Origin: Candidatus Latescibacterota bacterium | GTDB lineage: Bacteria; Latescibacterota; UBA2968; UBA8231 | DNA length: 64,000 nt | Direction of reading: 5' to 3' | Assembly: GCA_965197905.1 (NCBI GenBank) | Contig: CBDAOB010000004.1 | Location: 128,001-192,000 of the forward strand | Shown: positions 22,055-31,778 of the stretch, in pieces | Numbering within the stretch: position 1 is the stretch's first letter | How the letters are laid out: the number at the start of each line of letters is the position of its first letter | Made by a program: the position numbers and the translations under genes | The notes under the pieces: generated by a model | The model's database searches: none | Seen by the model: only the letters and a program-made list of their open reading frames with translations | Told to the model about the DNA's origin: nothing

Positions 22055-23997
22055 ATGACCCACTCCACCGAACAGAGCGCAGATGTGCCCACCCCGGCGC
22101 CGGATGATCCGATCGTCGTCCTGCTGGTGGACGACCAGATCATTGTTCACGAATCGGTGCGGGTGCTGCTAAGCGACCATCCCGAGATTGAGCTGCATAC
22201 GGTGCGCGACCCGACGAGGGCGGTAGACAGGGCGAATTCGGTGCAGCCAACCGTTATCCTTCAAGATCTCAACATGCCCCAGGTAGACGGTTTGACGCTG
22301 ATTCGGTTCTTTCGCGCCAATCCCGCCACCAGCCAGGTTCCCCTCATTGTTCTCTCCTCTCAGGAAGAGCCTAAAATAAAAGCCAACGCCTTCGCGTTGG
22401 GAGCAACGGATTACCTCATCAAGCTTCCAGACGCGGTCGAACTCGTTGCGCGCATCAAACATCACTCGCGCGCGTGTAGCAACAGCCACCAGCGAATGCG
22501 AGCCGAGCGCGAGCTAAAGGCGGCCAAGAAAGCGGCGGAAGAAGCCAGCCGGTCCAAGAGCGCCTTCCTGGCGACCATGAGTCACGAGTTTCGCACGCCG
22601 TTGAACGCTATTCTCGGATTCACCGAGCTGCTTATTCGGGAAGACGGACTGACCACCGAACAGAACGAAAATCTTCGCATCATCAATCGCAGTGGCGAGC
22701 ATCTCCTCGAGCTGATTAACGACGTGCTTGAAATGTCGAAAATCGAGGCAGGTCACCTAGAGGTCAACGATCGTCCGTTCGACCTGAGGACGTTGCTGAG
22801 CGATCTGGAACAAATGTTTGAGCTGAGAGCGCGCGACAAGGGATTGGAGCTCTCCTGTGAATGTGAGCACGAGGTGCGGAGATGCCTCGAAGCGTGGTTG
22901 CGGACGAAGCCAAACTGAGGCAAGTGTTGATCAATCTCATGAGCAACGCCGTAAAGTTCACCAGCGAAGGACAGGTGCGCCTGCGTACCAGCTGTCGCGG
23001 CAAAGATCTTGTTTTCGCGGTCGAGGATACCGGTCGAAGCGTGGTTGCGGCGTCGATCTCGTTCACCAGCGAGATCGCGGCAAAGACACCTCCGGGCGTC
23101 GATCTCGTCGAGATCGACACCTTGTTCGAGGCTTTCGAACAGAGCGGGGCGGGCAAGCAAGCGCGGGAGAGCACCGGTTTGGGCCTCTCGATCAGCCGGC
23201 GCTTCGCCCGCATGCTTGGGGGCGACATCGCGGTGCACAGCGACCCGGGGCGGGGAGCGGTGTTCACTCTTACCATCGAATTGAAACGTTCCGAAGACGC
23301 ACCCATCGCCGCAACGGGGTCCGTCACCCCTGCCGTCGAGCTGGATCGAGAGCGCAGCTATCGGATTCTCGTGGTGGGCGACCGGTGGGAGGATCGCAAG
23401 CTTCTGGTCAAGATCCACCAGCGGCTGGGATGCGACACTCGACAAGCCGACAACGGTACTGAAGCGATTCGGATATGGCAGACCTGGTCACCCGACCTGG
23501 TGTGGCTGGATCTGCGGTTGCATGGCATGAGTGGGGAGCCGGTCGCCCGTCATATTCAGCAAGGCAGTGGCGATCGAAGAACCCCGGTCATTGCCCTAAC
23601 CGCCAGCGGATTCGGCGAGGACACGGAGCCCGCCACAGCCGCGGGATGTGCAGACCTGGTGCGCAAACCGTTTCGCGAAAACGATATATTGGAGGTGCTA
23701 TCGCGCCATCTGGGCGTGGGCATGAGAGAGGTTGACCGCGATGGGCACCACCAGGTGCCGAATGATTCTCACGAACTCAACGCCGCGGATTTCGCAGGAT
23801 TGGAAGCGGAATGGTTGAGATCGCTTCGTCAGGCCGCCTACCGGGAAGAAACGGATCATATCGCCAAGCTGATCGATGAGCTCGGATCCGACCACCACTC
23901 TCTTTCTCGCGCCCTGCGATTCTTCGCCGCAAACCGAAGCTTCGATCGCATCATTGCCGCCATGATGGATGCGGCAGTTCTCGATGTCAGAAACTGA
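22055..23997 (+). pseudogene. REC-HisKA-HATPase-REC hybrid histidine kinase, frameshifted near 22875 and with a 19-aa insertion in the G1 box
   Basis: ORF 22055-22918 (REC, MSHEFRTPLN) and ORF 22882-23997 (N box, DTG, GLGL, REC) are in different frames. Confidence 0.8.
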
Positions 23998-24038
23998 ATA
24001 AACAGCTGCGTCGTGGAGCCGTTCCACGGCGGACCGGT

Positions 24039-25688
24039 ATGGATGACATTCTGATTGTAGATGACACGCTGCCGAATCTGCGGCTGCTCTCCAGCATGTT
24101 GTCGAAACATGGCTCCAAGGTCCGGGCTGTGCCCAACGGCTCCATGGCGTTGACGGCCGTCGCCTCTGCGCCTCCAGACCTTATTCTGCTCGACATCAAC
24201 ATGCCCGGATTGAACGGGTATGAACGCGAGCGGTTGAAAGCGGACGACAAGACGCGAGATATCCCGGTTATTTTCATCAGCGCTCTCGACAAGGCCACGG
24301 ACAAGGTCAGTTCCTTCGCGTCGGGTGGCGTCGACTACATCACGAAACCGTTTCAGGTGGAAGAAGTTCTCGCTCGAGTCGACTGCCATCTCAGCATCAG
24401 CACCTTGCAGAGACGCCTCGAGGAGGCGAACGACATGCTGGAGCGCCGGGTCGAGGAGCGCACCGACGAGCTGGCACAAGCCATCGTCAAGCTCGAGGAG
24501 CAAATCGTCGAGCGCCGTCGGGCGGAAGCGGAGCGGGCCGATCTCGAAGCGCAACTGCACCAATCGCAGAAAATGGACGCACTCGGCCGTCTCGCCGGAG
24601 GGGTCGTTCACGATTTCAACAATCTGCTCACGGTGATCATAGGGTACGCCGAAATTCTGAACTACAAATTCGACGAAGATCAGGTCAAGGACGAGGTGGA
24701 GCAGATTCTGCGCGCCGGAGACCAGGCGGCCTCGCTGACCCATCAACTGCTGGCGTTCAGCCGGCGGCAGGCAATGGAGCCCAAGGCGGTCGTCCTGAAC
24801 GACGTCGTCGAGAATGTGGCCAGGATGCTGAAGCCGATGATCGGCGAGCAGGTCGAGTGGGCTACCGAGTTGGATGCGGGACTGGGCAAGATCTTGGCGG
24901 ACCCGGGACAGATTGAACAATCGATTGTGAATCTGGCGCTCAATGCGCGCGATGCGATGCCGGACGGAGGACGGTTGAGCATCCGAACCGCCAATGATGA
25001 AAAGCAGGCCTCAGAGCAGCAGACCTCTTCGAGCTACGTGAGCCTCGAGGTGAGCGATACCGGCATCGGAATGGACGAAGAGACGAGAAAGCGGGTTTTC
25101 GAGCCGTTTTATACGACCAAGGCGGTGGGCGAGGGGACCGGCTTGGGGTTAGCCACCGTGCACGGCATTGTCAATCAAAGCGGCGGCTGGATCGAGCTCG
25201 ACAGTCGGCCAAGGGAGGGGACCCGGTTTGTGCTCTACTTTCCCCGCCTCGTCGACGATGTCGCAGTGGACGAGAAGCCGAGCATCTCCACCACCGATCT
25301 GCGCGGCTCGGAGACGGTTCTTCTGGTGGATGGCGATGTCGCGGTTCGTGGCATCGTGGGCACCACCCTGCGCGAATCGGGGTACACCGTTGTAGAGGCG
25401 CTGGACGGCGCCGACGCTCTGGACAACTGGGAGAAGCGGGAGGCACCCGTGCACCTGCTCATAACCGATGTAATCATGCATAAGGTCGGGGGTGCGGATC
25501 TGGTGGAATGGCTCCTGCCGCTCCAGGATCAGATGCGAGTGATCTACATGTCCGGCTTTATGGACGAGAGCACGGCTCGTCACGGATTGCTCGAACGGGG
25601 CATGTATTTCTTACAGAAACCGTTCTCGCGAAACGATCTTCTGGTCAAGGTACGCGAGGTCCTGGATGCGCCGGCGCTACAGCGTTGA
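24039..25688 (+). CDS. REC-HisKA-HATPase-REC hybrid sensor kinase (CckA-like core)
   Basis: ILIVDD, LAGGVVHDFNNLL, NARDAM, DTGIGM, GTGLGL, C-terminal REC. Confidence 0.9.
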   Translation: MDDILIVDDTLPNLRLLSSMLSKHGSKVRAVPNGSMALTAVASAPPDLILLDINMPGLNGYERERLKADDKTRDIPVIFISALDKATDKVSSFASGGVDYITKPFQVEEVLARVDCHLSISTLQRRLEEANDMLERRVEERTDELAQAIVKLEEQIVERRRAEAERADLEAQLHQSQKMDALGRLAGGVVHDFNNLLTVIIGYAEILNYKFDEDQVKDEVEQILRAGDQAASLTHQLLAFSRRQAMEPKAVVLNDVVENVARMLKPMIGEQVEWATELDAGLGKILADPGQIEQSIVNLALNARDAMPDGGRLSIRTANDEKQASEQQTSSSYVSLEVSDTGIGMDEETRKRVFEPFYTTKAVGEGTGLGLATVHGIVNQSGGWIELDSRPREGTRFVLYFPRLVDDVAVDEKPSISTTDLRGSETVLLVDGDVAVRGIVGTTLRESGYTVVEALDGADALDNWEKREAPVHLLITDVIMHKVGGADLVEWLLPLQDQMRVIYMSGFMDESTARHGLLERGMYFLQKPFSRNDLLVKVREVLDAPALQR

Positions 25689-28600
25689 GCGCCTGTGCGG
25701 GCGACTGCTCGCGTTTTTGGTCTTTGCCCTCAGCGCCGAGCTGCGCGGCGTAGAACCCTACAATCCGGTCATCTCCGATCCGGTGGTCGAAGGGTGGCGT
25801 TGGCGATCGTTTCCCGAACTCAAGGGTGCGGGTCTCCGTTGCATCGCTGAATCTTCAGATGGAGCGATGTGGTTCGGGACCGACGAAGGAGTCCGCCGCT
25901 ACGACGGGCGAGCATGGCAACAGTTCACCACCGAAGACGGGCTGCTCAGCGCCCCGGTCAACGTGTTGCGAGCGGCGGCAGATGGAACGGTCTATGCCGG
26001 TTCGGACATGGGAATAAGTCGTTTTGACCGCGGCAGGTGGCACTCTGTTTTTCCTCCCACCAAAGGTTTCTCCTGGCCCATCGATCAGATCCTGAAATCC
26101 GAGGAAGGGACGCTGTGGGCGGCTACCGCCTGGGGTCTGTTGAGGTTGGAAGGGGACGGCGCCACTCTGTTCACCAGCAGCGATATGGCGACGGCGATAC
26201 AGAAACACGTGGACTATGTCAAAATCTCCATTGTACCGGACGCGGTAATACCCGAACGACGGTGGGGCGAAGGTGTGGGGATCCGGGTGGCCAAGGGGGG
26301 ATACATGGGTGTATCTCGCGGCGGTCTACCGATGGTAGCGTGGGCGGTCGCAGCGGACGGACCTGGGGAGAGGGCTGGCGTCCAGGTGGGGGAGATCGTT
26401 ACCAGTATCGACGGCGCCGTCCCACAGCTACCTCACATCGTACTGCAGGGTGCCGAAGGGACCTCGATGAGCCTGGATCTGGACCGTGGAAACAAGCTCC
26501 AACCATCCTCCCTGACCTTGAAGCACGAACGCGTTTCCGGAACCTATCGGGACTTCGCCGTATCCGATGTCATCGAGGACGGCTATGGGAACCTGTGGAT
26601 CGGGCTTTCCTGGGGTGGCGAGATTCTGCGTTTGGACACAAGCGCAGAGGGGAACCAGAACACCTGGGAGCTCCACGTTGCGGCTAACGGCCTGCAACCG
26701 GGAGATAGGCCGAAACTGATACAGACCCGGGATGGAGCGATCTGGTCGGTTTCGAATCATGGACAGGGCGGCATCAATCGATTTGATGGGAATAGTTGGC
26801 ATCATCTCTCATTCAGTAGTAACATCCATACCTCCGTTCTCGAAACCGACGACGGAGCGCTGTGGATCGGCGGTCACAACGGCACCCTGCTCAGATACCG
26901 CGACACCTGGTCGTCCTGGGATTCCAACCAGGTGCCCCTCTCCCAAACGAGAATCATAGGTCTGCTGCAGGCAGCGGACGGTGCTGTGTGGGTCGCTGGA
27001 CTCGGACAGGAGGCTACGCGACTCGACTACGCCTCGTCTCGCTGGATTTCCTACGCTGGTCTGAACTATCAGGCCGAATCGATCGACGGCAAGCTCTGGT
27101 TTATGACCCAGGAGCGCCGCGCCGTTTCTTTTGACCGCCAACGAGGTGAGTGGAAGATCTACACCCCCGCCGACGGACTCGTCGAAAACCCGACGAGACT
27201 GATCGCGACACGGAACGGAGATATTTGGGCGGCGGGGCAACACCGTGGGCGTGCGGCAACCGCTCGATTCGACGGAAGCACTTGGACCCTGAAGGTGCAT
27301 CACCCGCTGGCTAAGAATATCGGCTGGCGCTCCGCCCTTGAGTCGCAGGATGGCTCGCTCTGGTTCGGGGCGGCGGTGGGCAGGGTTGCCGGAGAAGGTC
27401 AGCTGGGAGGTTTGTTGCGCTTCCGCGAAGGACAAGGATGGACCCATTACACCCCTCCAGACGCTCCCCAGTACACCTATGCCATCGGACAGACCAGCGA
27501 TGGGGTGATGTGGTTTGGTGGTGGCGGGTTGAAAAGGTTCGACGGGCTCGCCTGGACGATCATGACGGAACCGAAGGAACTGGTTTCATGGGTCCAGGCG
27601 CTGCAGGGCACGGCGGAGGGAAATCTCTGGGTAGGGACCCGCAGCTACGGGCTGCTCTTCTACGACGGGAAGGAGTGGACGTCCCACGGAGTGGCGGATG
27701 GGTTGGTAAACAACGTAATCAAAGGTATCGAGGTGTCCCTGGATGGTACCACATGGGTCAAGACGGACAAGGGAATGAGTCGCTATGACGGCTCGACCTG
27801 GATTACGCAGGCACTGCCCGCCGGGTTCGACGATCGGCACGTCGATCTTCGACAATCAAGCGATGGGGCCCTGTGGTTCAACTCGGGAGCAGGTCAGACG
27901 ACCAGATATCAACCAGAGAGCGACGCTCCCGATACCCGCATCACGCTTGCCGTGGACCAGGTATCACAACCGGGCAATACTACCTTTATCTGGGACGGAC
28001 ACGACGCCTGGCGCGCAACCCCCGACGCCAAACTGCAGTTTTCCTGGCGTCTCGACGGCGGGGCCTGGTCGGCGTTTTCCGCCGACAGGAACAAGGCATT
28101 TTTCTCGTTGGAAAACGGCGATCATCTGTTTGAGGTACGTGCCCGCGACCTCGATCTCAATGAAGATCCGACACCGGCCAGTGCGCGTTTCGCGGTGATT
28201 CCTCCGGTGTGGATGCAGCCCGGGTTCGTGACGTTGATGGTGGTGTTGACCCTTGCCATCGCACTGCAGACGGGAAGAGTCATCCGTCGCGACCGCCGGG
28301 TGCGGGAATCGAACAGCGAGCTGCAACAACAGAGCGAGAGTTTGCAGACAGCCAACCGAAAGCTGGACGAATCGAACCGGGCTTTGCAAGACAAGACATA
28401 CGAGTTGGAAGCGGCCAACGTGCAGATCGTCGAAGCCAATCGGCTCAAATCGCAGTTCCTCGCAAACATGAGCCACGAGTTGCGTACCCCGCTCAACGCG
28501 ATTCTTGGGTTTACCCAACTATTGACTCGCGATTCGGAGCTCGCGCCGCAACATAGAGAAAACCTCGAGGTGATCGGACGCAGCGGGGAGCATCTTCTTG

Positions 28601-29823
28601 GATTGATCAACGACGTATTGGACATGTCGAAGATCGAGGCGGGACAGGTGCAGCTCAGCGAAACAGATTTCGATCTCTTCGACCTGCTTGACAGTTTGGA
28701 GGCGATGTTCCGGCTCAGAGCCGAAGACAAGGGACTGGCCCTAGAATTCAAGCGCCGCGAAGACCTGCCCCGATATGTTCACGCGGACGAGGGCAAGTTG
28801 AGGCAGGTACTCATCAATCTGCTCAGCAACGGCGTAAAATTCACTAAAACAGGGACCGTGACACTCGAGGCAGGGTACGAACCCCAACGCCTGATCTTCG
28901 ACATAACGGATACTGGAGCAGGTATCGCCCCTGAAGAGCTGGATATCCTCTTCAACGCGTTTGTGCAAACGGAGAGTGGCCGCCACGCACAGGAGGGAAC
29001 GGGGTTGGGTTTGCCGATCAGTCAGGAGTTCGTGCGCCTGATGGGTGGCGAGATCACCGCCCGCAGCGAGCCCGGCCGCGGATCCCGCTTCAGCTTCAGC
29101 ATCTTGGCGACTCCGATTGACGCCCTGGAGGTCGCGGCAGCTCCGACCTATCGACGCGCCACCCGGTTATCCGCAGGGCAGCGGGAGTATCGGGTTCTGG
29201 TCGTCGAAGACCGGGACGACAGCCGGAACCTCCTGGTTCAGCTGATGAAGCAGCTTGGTTTCGAGGTGCGGCAGGCCTCCAACGGGCAGGAGGGTATCTC
29301 CGCGTGGGAGGAATGGGATCCACATCTCATCTGGATGGACATGCGGATGCCGGTTCTGGACGGGATCGAGGCGACGAAACGGATCAAGGCGAGCCCGCGG
29401 GGCAAGGCGACGGTGGTCATAGCACGTACGGCAAGTGCGTTCGAGGAGGAGCGCTCTGCCATTCTCTCAGCCGGTTGTGACGGATTTATTCGAAAGCCGT
29501 TCAAGGAAAGGGAGGCGGTGGAGTGTCTGATCCAACAACTGGGGGTCCGGTTCGACTACGAAGCCGATGACGCGCTCCAGGCGGGCCCTCCGAAGTCAAG
29601 AGTCGGCCTTACGACTGGGATGCTGTCGGAGCTACCTTCGGATTGGATAGAGCAATTGCACGAAGCGACTGCGATGGCGGATGCGGAGCGGATAAACGCG
29701 CTCCTCCTCAGCATCGATCCCGGTCATGAAGATCTCGTTGTCGCGTTGGAGAATCACGTGAGGGATTTTAGATTCGACGAGATCATGGCTGCAACCCAGC
29801 CACTCGTCGATTCCAACTATTAA
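25666..29823 (+). CDS. Large hybrid sensor kinase: beta-propeller repeats + PDZ + Y_Y_Y-like + TM + HisKA + HATPase + REC
   Basis: Repeated DGxLW(F/I)G propeller motifs, PDZ-like segment, GDHLFEVRARD, PPVW-TM, MSHELRTPLN, IWMDMRMP. Confidence 0.9.
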   Translation: MRRRYSVERLCGRLLAFLVFALSAELRGVEPYNPVISDPVVEGWRWRSFPELKGAGLRCIAESSDGAMWFGTDEGVRRYDGRAWQQFTTEDGLLSAPVNVLRAAADGTVYAGSDMGISRFDRGRWHSVFPPTKGFSWPIDQILKSEEGTLWAATAWGLLRLEGDGATLFTSSDMATAIQKHVDYVKISIVPDAVIPERRWGEGVGIRVAKGGYMGVSRGGLPMVAWAVAADGPGERAGVQVGEIVTSIDGAVPQLPHIVLQGAEGTSMSLDLDRGNKLQPSSLTLKHERVSGTYRDFAVSDVIEDGYGNLWIGLSWGGEILRLDTSAEGNQNTWELHVAANGLQPGDRPKLIQTRDGAIWSVSNHGQGGINRFDGNSWHHLSFSSNIHTSVLETDDGALWIGGHNGTLLRYRDTWSSWDSNQVPLSQTRIIGLLQAADGAVWVAGLGQEATRLDYASSRWISYAGLNYQAESIDGKLWFMTQERRAVSFDRQRGEWKIYTPADGLVENPTRLIATRNGDIWAAGQHRGRAATARFDGSTWTLKVHHPLAKNIGWRSALESQDGSLWFGAAVGRVAGEGQLGGLLRFREGQGWTHYTPPDAPQYTYAIGQTSDGVMWFGGGGLKRFDGLAWTIMTEPKELVSWVQALQGTAEGNLWVGTRSYGLLFYDGKEWTSHGVADGLVNNVIKGIEVSLDGTTWVKTDKGMSRYDGSTWITQALPAGFDDRHVDLRQSSDGALWFNSGAGQTTRYQPESDAPDTRITLAVDQVSQPGNTTFIWDGHDAWRATPDAKLQFSWRLDGGAWSAFSADRNKAFFSLENGDHLFEVRARDLDLNEDPTPASARFAVIPPVWMQPGFVTLMVVLTLAIALQTGRVIRRDRRVRESNSELQQQSESLQTANRKLDESNRALQDKTYELEAANVQIVEANRLKSQFLANMSHELRTPLNAILGFTQLLTRDSELAPQHRENLEVIGRSGEHLLGLINDVLDMSKIEAGQVQLSETDFDLFDLLDSLEAMFRLRAEDKGLALEFKRREDLPRYVHADEGKLRQVLINLLSNGVKFTKTGTVTLEAGYEPQRLIFDITDTGAGIAPEELDILFNAFVQTESGRHAQEGTGLGLPISQEFVRLMGGEITARSEPGRGSRFSFSILATPIDALEVAAAPTYRRATRLSAGQREYRVLVVEDRDDSRNLLVQLMKQLGFEVRQASNGQEGISAWEEWDPHLIWMDMRMPVLDGIEATKRIKASPRGKATVVIARTASAFEEERSAILSAGCDGFIRKPFKEREAVECLIQQLGVRFDYEADDALQAGPPKSRVGLTTGMLSELPSDWIEQLHEATAMADAERINALLLSIDPGHEDLVVALENHVRDFRFDEIMAATQPLVDSNY

Positions 29824-29849
29824 TCATAAGGCTTGAAAGGTAGATCTTA

Positions 29850-31157
29850 ATGCAGACGGATATAGACCCTGATCTTCTGCTTGAATCCGGTGTCAAGATT
29901 GCGGAAGAGATTCTGCGCACCTGCGTTCACTGCGGGTTTTGCAACGCCACCTGTCCAACCTACCTGCTTGAGGGAAACGAGCTTGAAGGGCCCCGCGGCC
30001 GGATCTACCTCATAAAGAATATCCTCGAAGATGCAATGGATATCACCGCGAGCACGGTTGGTCATATCGATCATTGCCTGGGATGCATGGCCTGCGAGAC
30101 CACCTGCCCGAGCGGGGTGCGGTACTCCCACCTACTAGAAGAAGCCCGACCCCGGTTGGAGAACCATTTCCGGCGCTCCGTGGGAGACGCTCTGTTGCGC
30201 AAGGTACTGACTTACCTGCTGCCCCATCCGGCGCTCTTACGGCCGGTCCTGCGCCTGAGCTCCGTCGGCAGGAGTCTGAAATTCCTGCTGCCGGCGCGCT
30301 GGAAGAATCTGCTCGAGTTGGCGCCGTCGGCGATGCCGGCCCCCGCACGTCACGCCCGCGCGGGGGTTATCCCGGCGCAGGTTCAGAAGCGTGCCCGTGT
30401 CGCGTATTTGACGGGATGCGCGCAACAGGTGTTGGGTCCGGAGATCAATGATGCCTCGATTCGAATGCTGACGAAGCTGGGTGCCGAGGTGGTACTGCCA
30501 CCCAGCCTGGGATGCTGCGGATCGCTGCCATACCACATGGGAGAACGGCGGCACAGCCTCAAGCTGATGCGCCGGGCCGTCCTCGCGCTGAGCGCAGAAA
30601 TAGAATCGGGTGGGTTGGACGCGATCGCCGTGAGCACTTCCGGTTGTGGCCCCGCCATGCGCGAGTACGGTCACATTTTCAGGGATGATCCTGAAATGGC
30701 AGACCAGGCGGCGTCGGTGGCAGAGCGGGTTCGGGATATCTCAGAAGTGATCTCCGATCTCGGACTTGGAGAGACGCGCCGGGAACTGGGGTTACGGGTG
30801 GCTTATCACGACGCCTGCTCCTTGCAACATGCCCAACGGGTTCGGAGTCAGCCGCGGGAGCTGTTGTCTGAAGTTGGCTGCAGCGTGGTTGAGGTGCCCG
30901 AAGCCCACATCTGTTGCGGCAGCGCCGGCACCTACAGCATGTTGGAGAATCAGTTCGCCTCACGGCTTAGGCAGCGGAAGGTCGCGAATATCGAACAGAC
31001 CGAAGCCGACGTTGTAGCCGCCGGCAACATCGGATGCATTGAACAGATCGCACGGGGAACCAAACTTCCCGTGCTACATACGATAGAGCTGCTGGATTGG
31101 GGGACGGGGGGACCCGTACCTGATGTTCTAAAGCGACTGGGCCGCTTCGAGCTATAG
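29850..31157 (+). CDS. glcF: Glycolate oxidase iron-sulfur subunit
   Basis: CVHCGFCNATCPTY, CLGCMACETTCPSGV, two CCG domains. Confidence 0.9.
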   Translation: MQTDIDPDLLLESGVKIAEEILRTCVHCGFCNATCPTYLLEGNELEGPRGRIYLIKNILEDAMDITASTVGHIDHCLGCMACETTCPSGVRYSHLLEEARPRLENHFRRSVGDALLRKVLTYLLPHPALLRPVLRLSSVGRSLKFLLPARWKNLLELAPSAMPAPARHARAGVIPAQVQKRARVAYLTGCAQQVLGPEINDASIRMLTKLGAEVVLPPSLGCCGSLPYHMGERRHSLKLMRRAVLALSAEIESGGLDAIAVSTSGCGPAMREYGHIFRDDPEMADQAASVAERVRDISEVISDLGLGETRRELGLRVAYHDACSLQHAQRVRSQPRELLSEVGCSVVEVPEAHICCGSAGTYSMLENQFASRLRQRKVANIEQTEADVVAAGNIGCIEQIARGTKLPVLHTIELLDWGTGGPVPDVLKRLGRFEL

Positions 31158-31199
31158 GGCTGCGGGCGTTGTGTTCGTTCTCGACTACAAAGCTCGAAG

Positions 31200-31766
31200 C
31201 TAAAGCACCTGTTCTATGTAGGCGGAGCTCTTCTTGTCCAGCGCGTTCAGATCCGGCACTTCGAACCGATTCCCGTCCACGTCGATGAGCAAGAGCCGGT
31301 GGTCTCCGAGCCATTGGGCGTTCTCCGCGGCGTTCTGGACTACGAATTCCCGCTCGCCCCGATTGGTCACAACGTGCCAATATGAGGTCCCAAATTCGTT
31401 CCGCACAGAGTCGATTTTTTCGATTCTCGACGTGAGATATCTACGGTCCAACTCTTCCTTGATGATGGCTCGTGCCTCCTCGTCCAGGACGTCCAGATCC
31501 TCGACCATGCAGATTTCCTCGTCCTTGCCGTCGAGAAAAGATATGTAGCGATCCGGATTCGACAACGGGGCGGCGCGTACGACTTTGACCTTCAGATAGG
31601 ATCGGTCATCCTCGATCGTCAATCGCAGCACCCAGGGGGGCGCTCTAAATAGACGAACCTGATCGATATCCACCTGTTCGGGATGGGTTACCGCGATCGG
31701 GGTCACATTCAGTTTTTCTTTTTTCGAGCTACCGGTTTCGCCTGCCAAATCGTGCTCCTTTCCCAA
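31200..31766 (-). CDS. DUF1854-family protein
   Basis: VRAAPLSNPDRYIS, ELDRRYL, W.V.TNRG.REF, DVDGNRF; directly downstream of ABC exporters. Confidence 0.75.
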   Translation of the reverse strand: MGKEHDLAGETGSSKKEKLNVTPIAVTHPEQVDIDQVRLFRAPPWVLRLTIEDDRSYLKVKVVRAAPLSNPDRYISFLDGKDEEICMVEDLDVLDEEARAIIKEELDRRYLTSRIEKIDSVRNEFGTSYWHVVTNRGEREFVVQNAAENAQWLGDHRLLLIDVDGNRFEVPDLNALDKKSSAYIEQVL

Positions 31767-31778
31767 AGCTTTGCTCCA

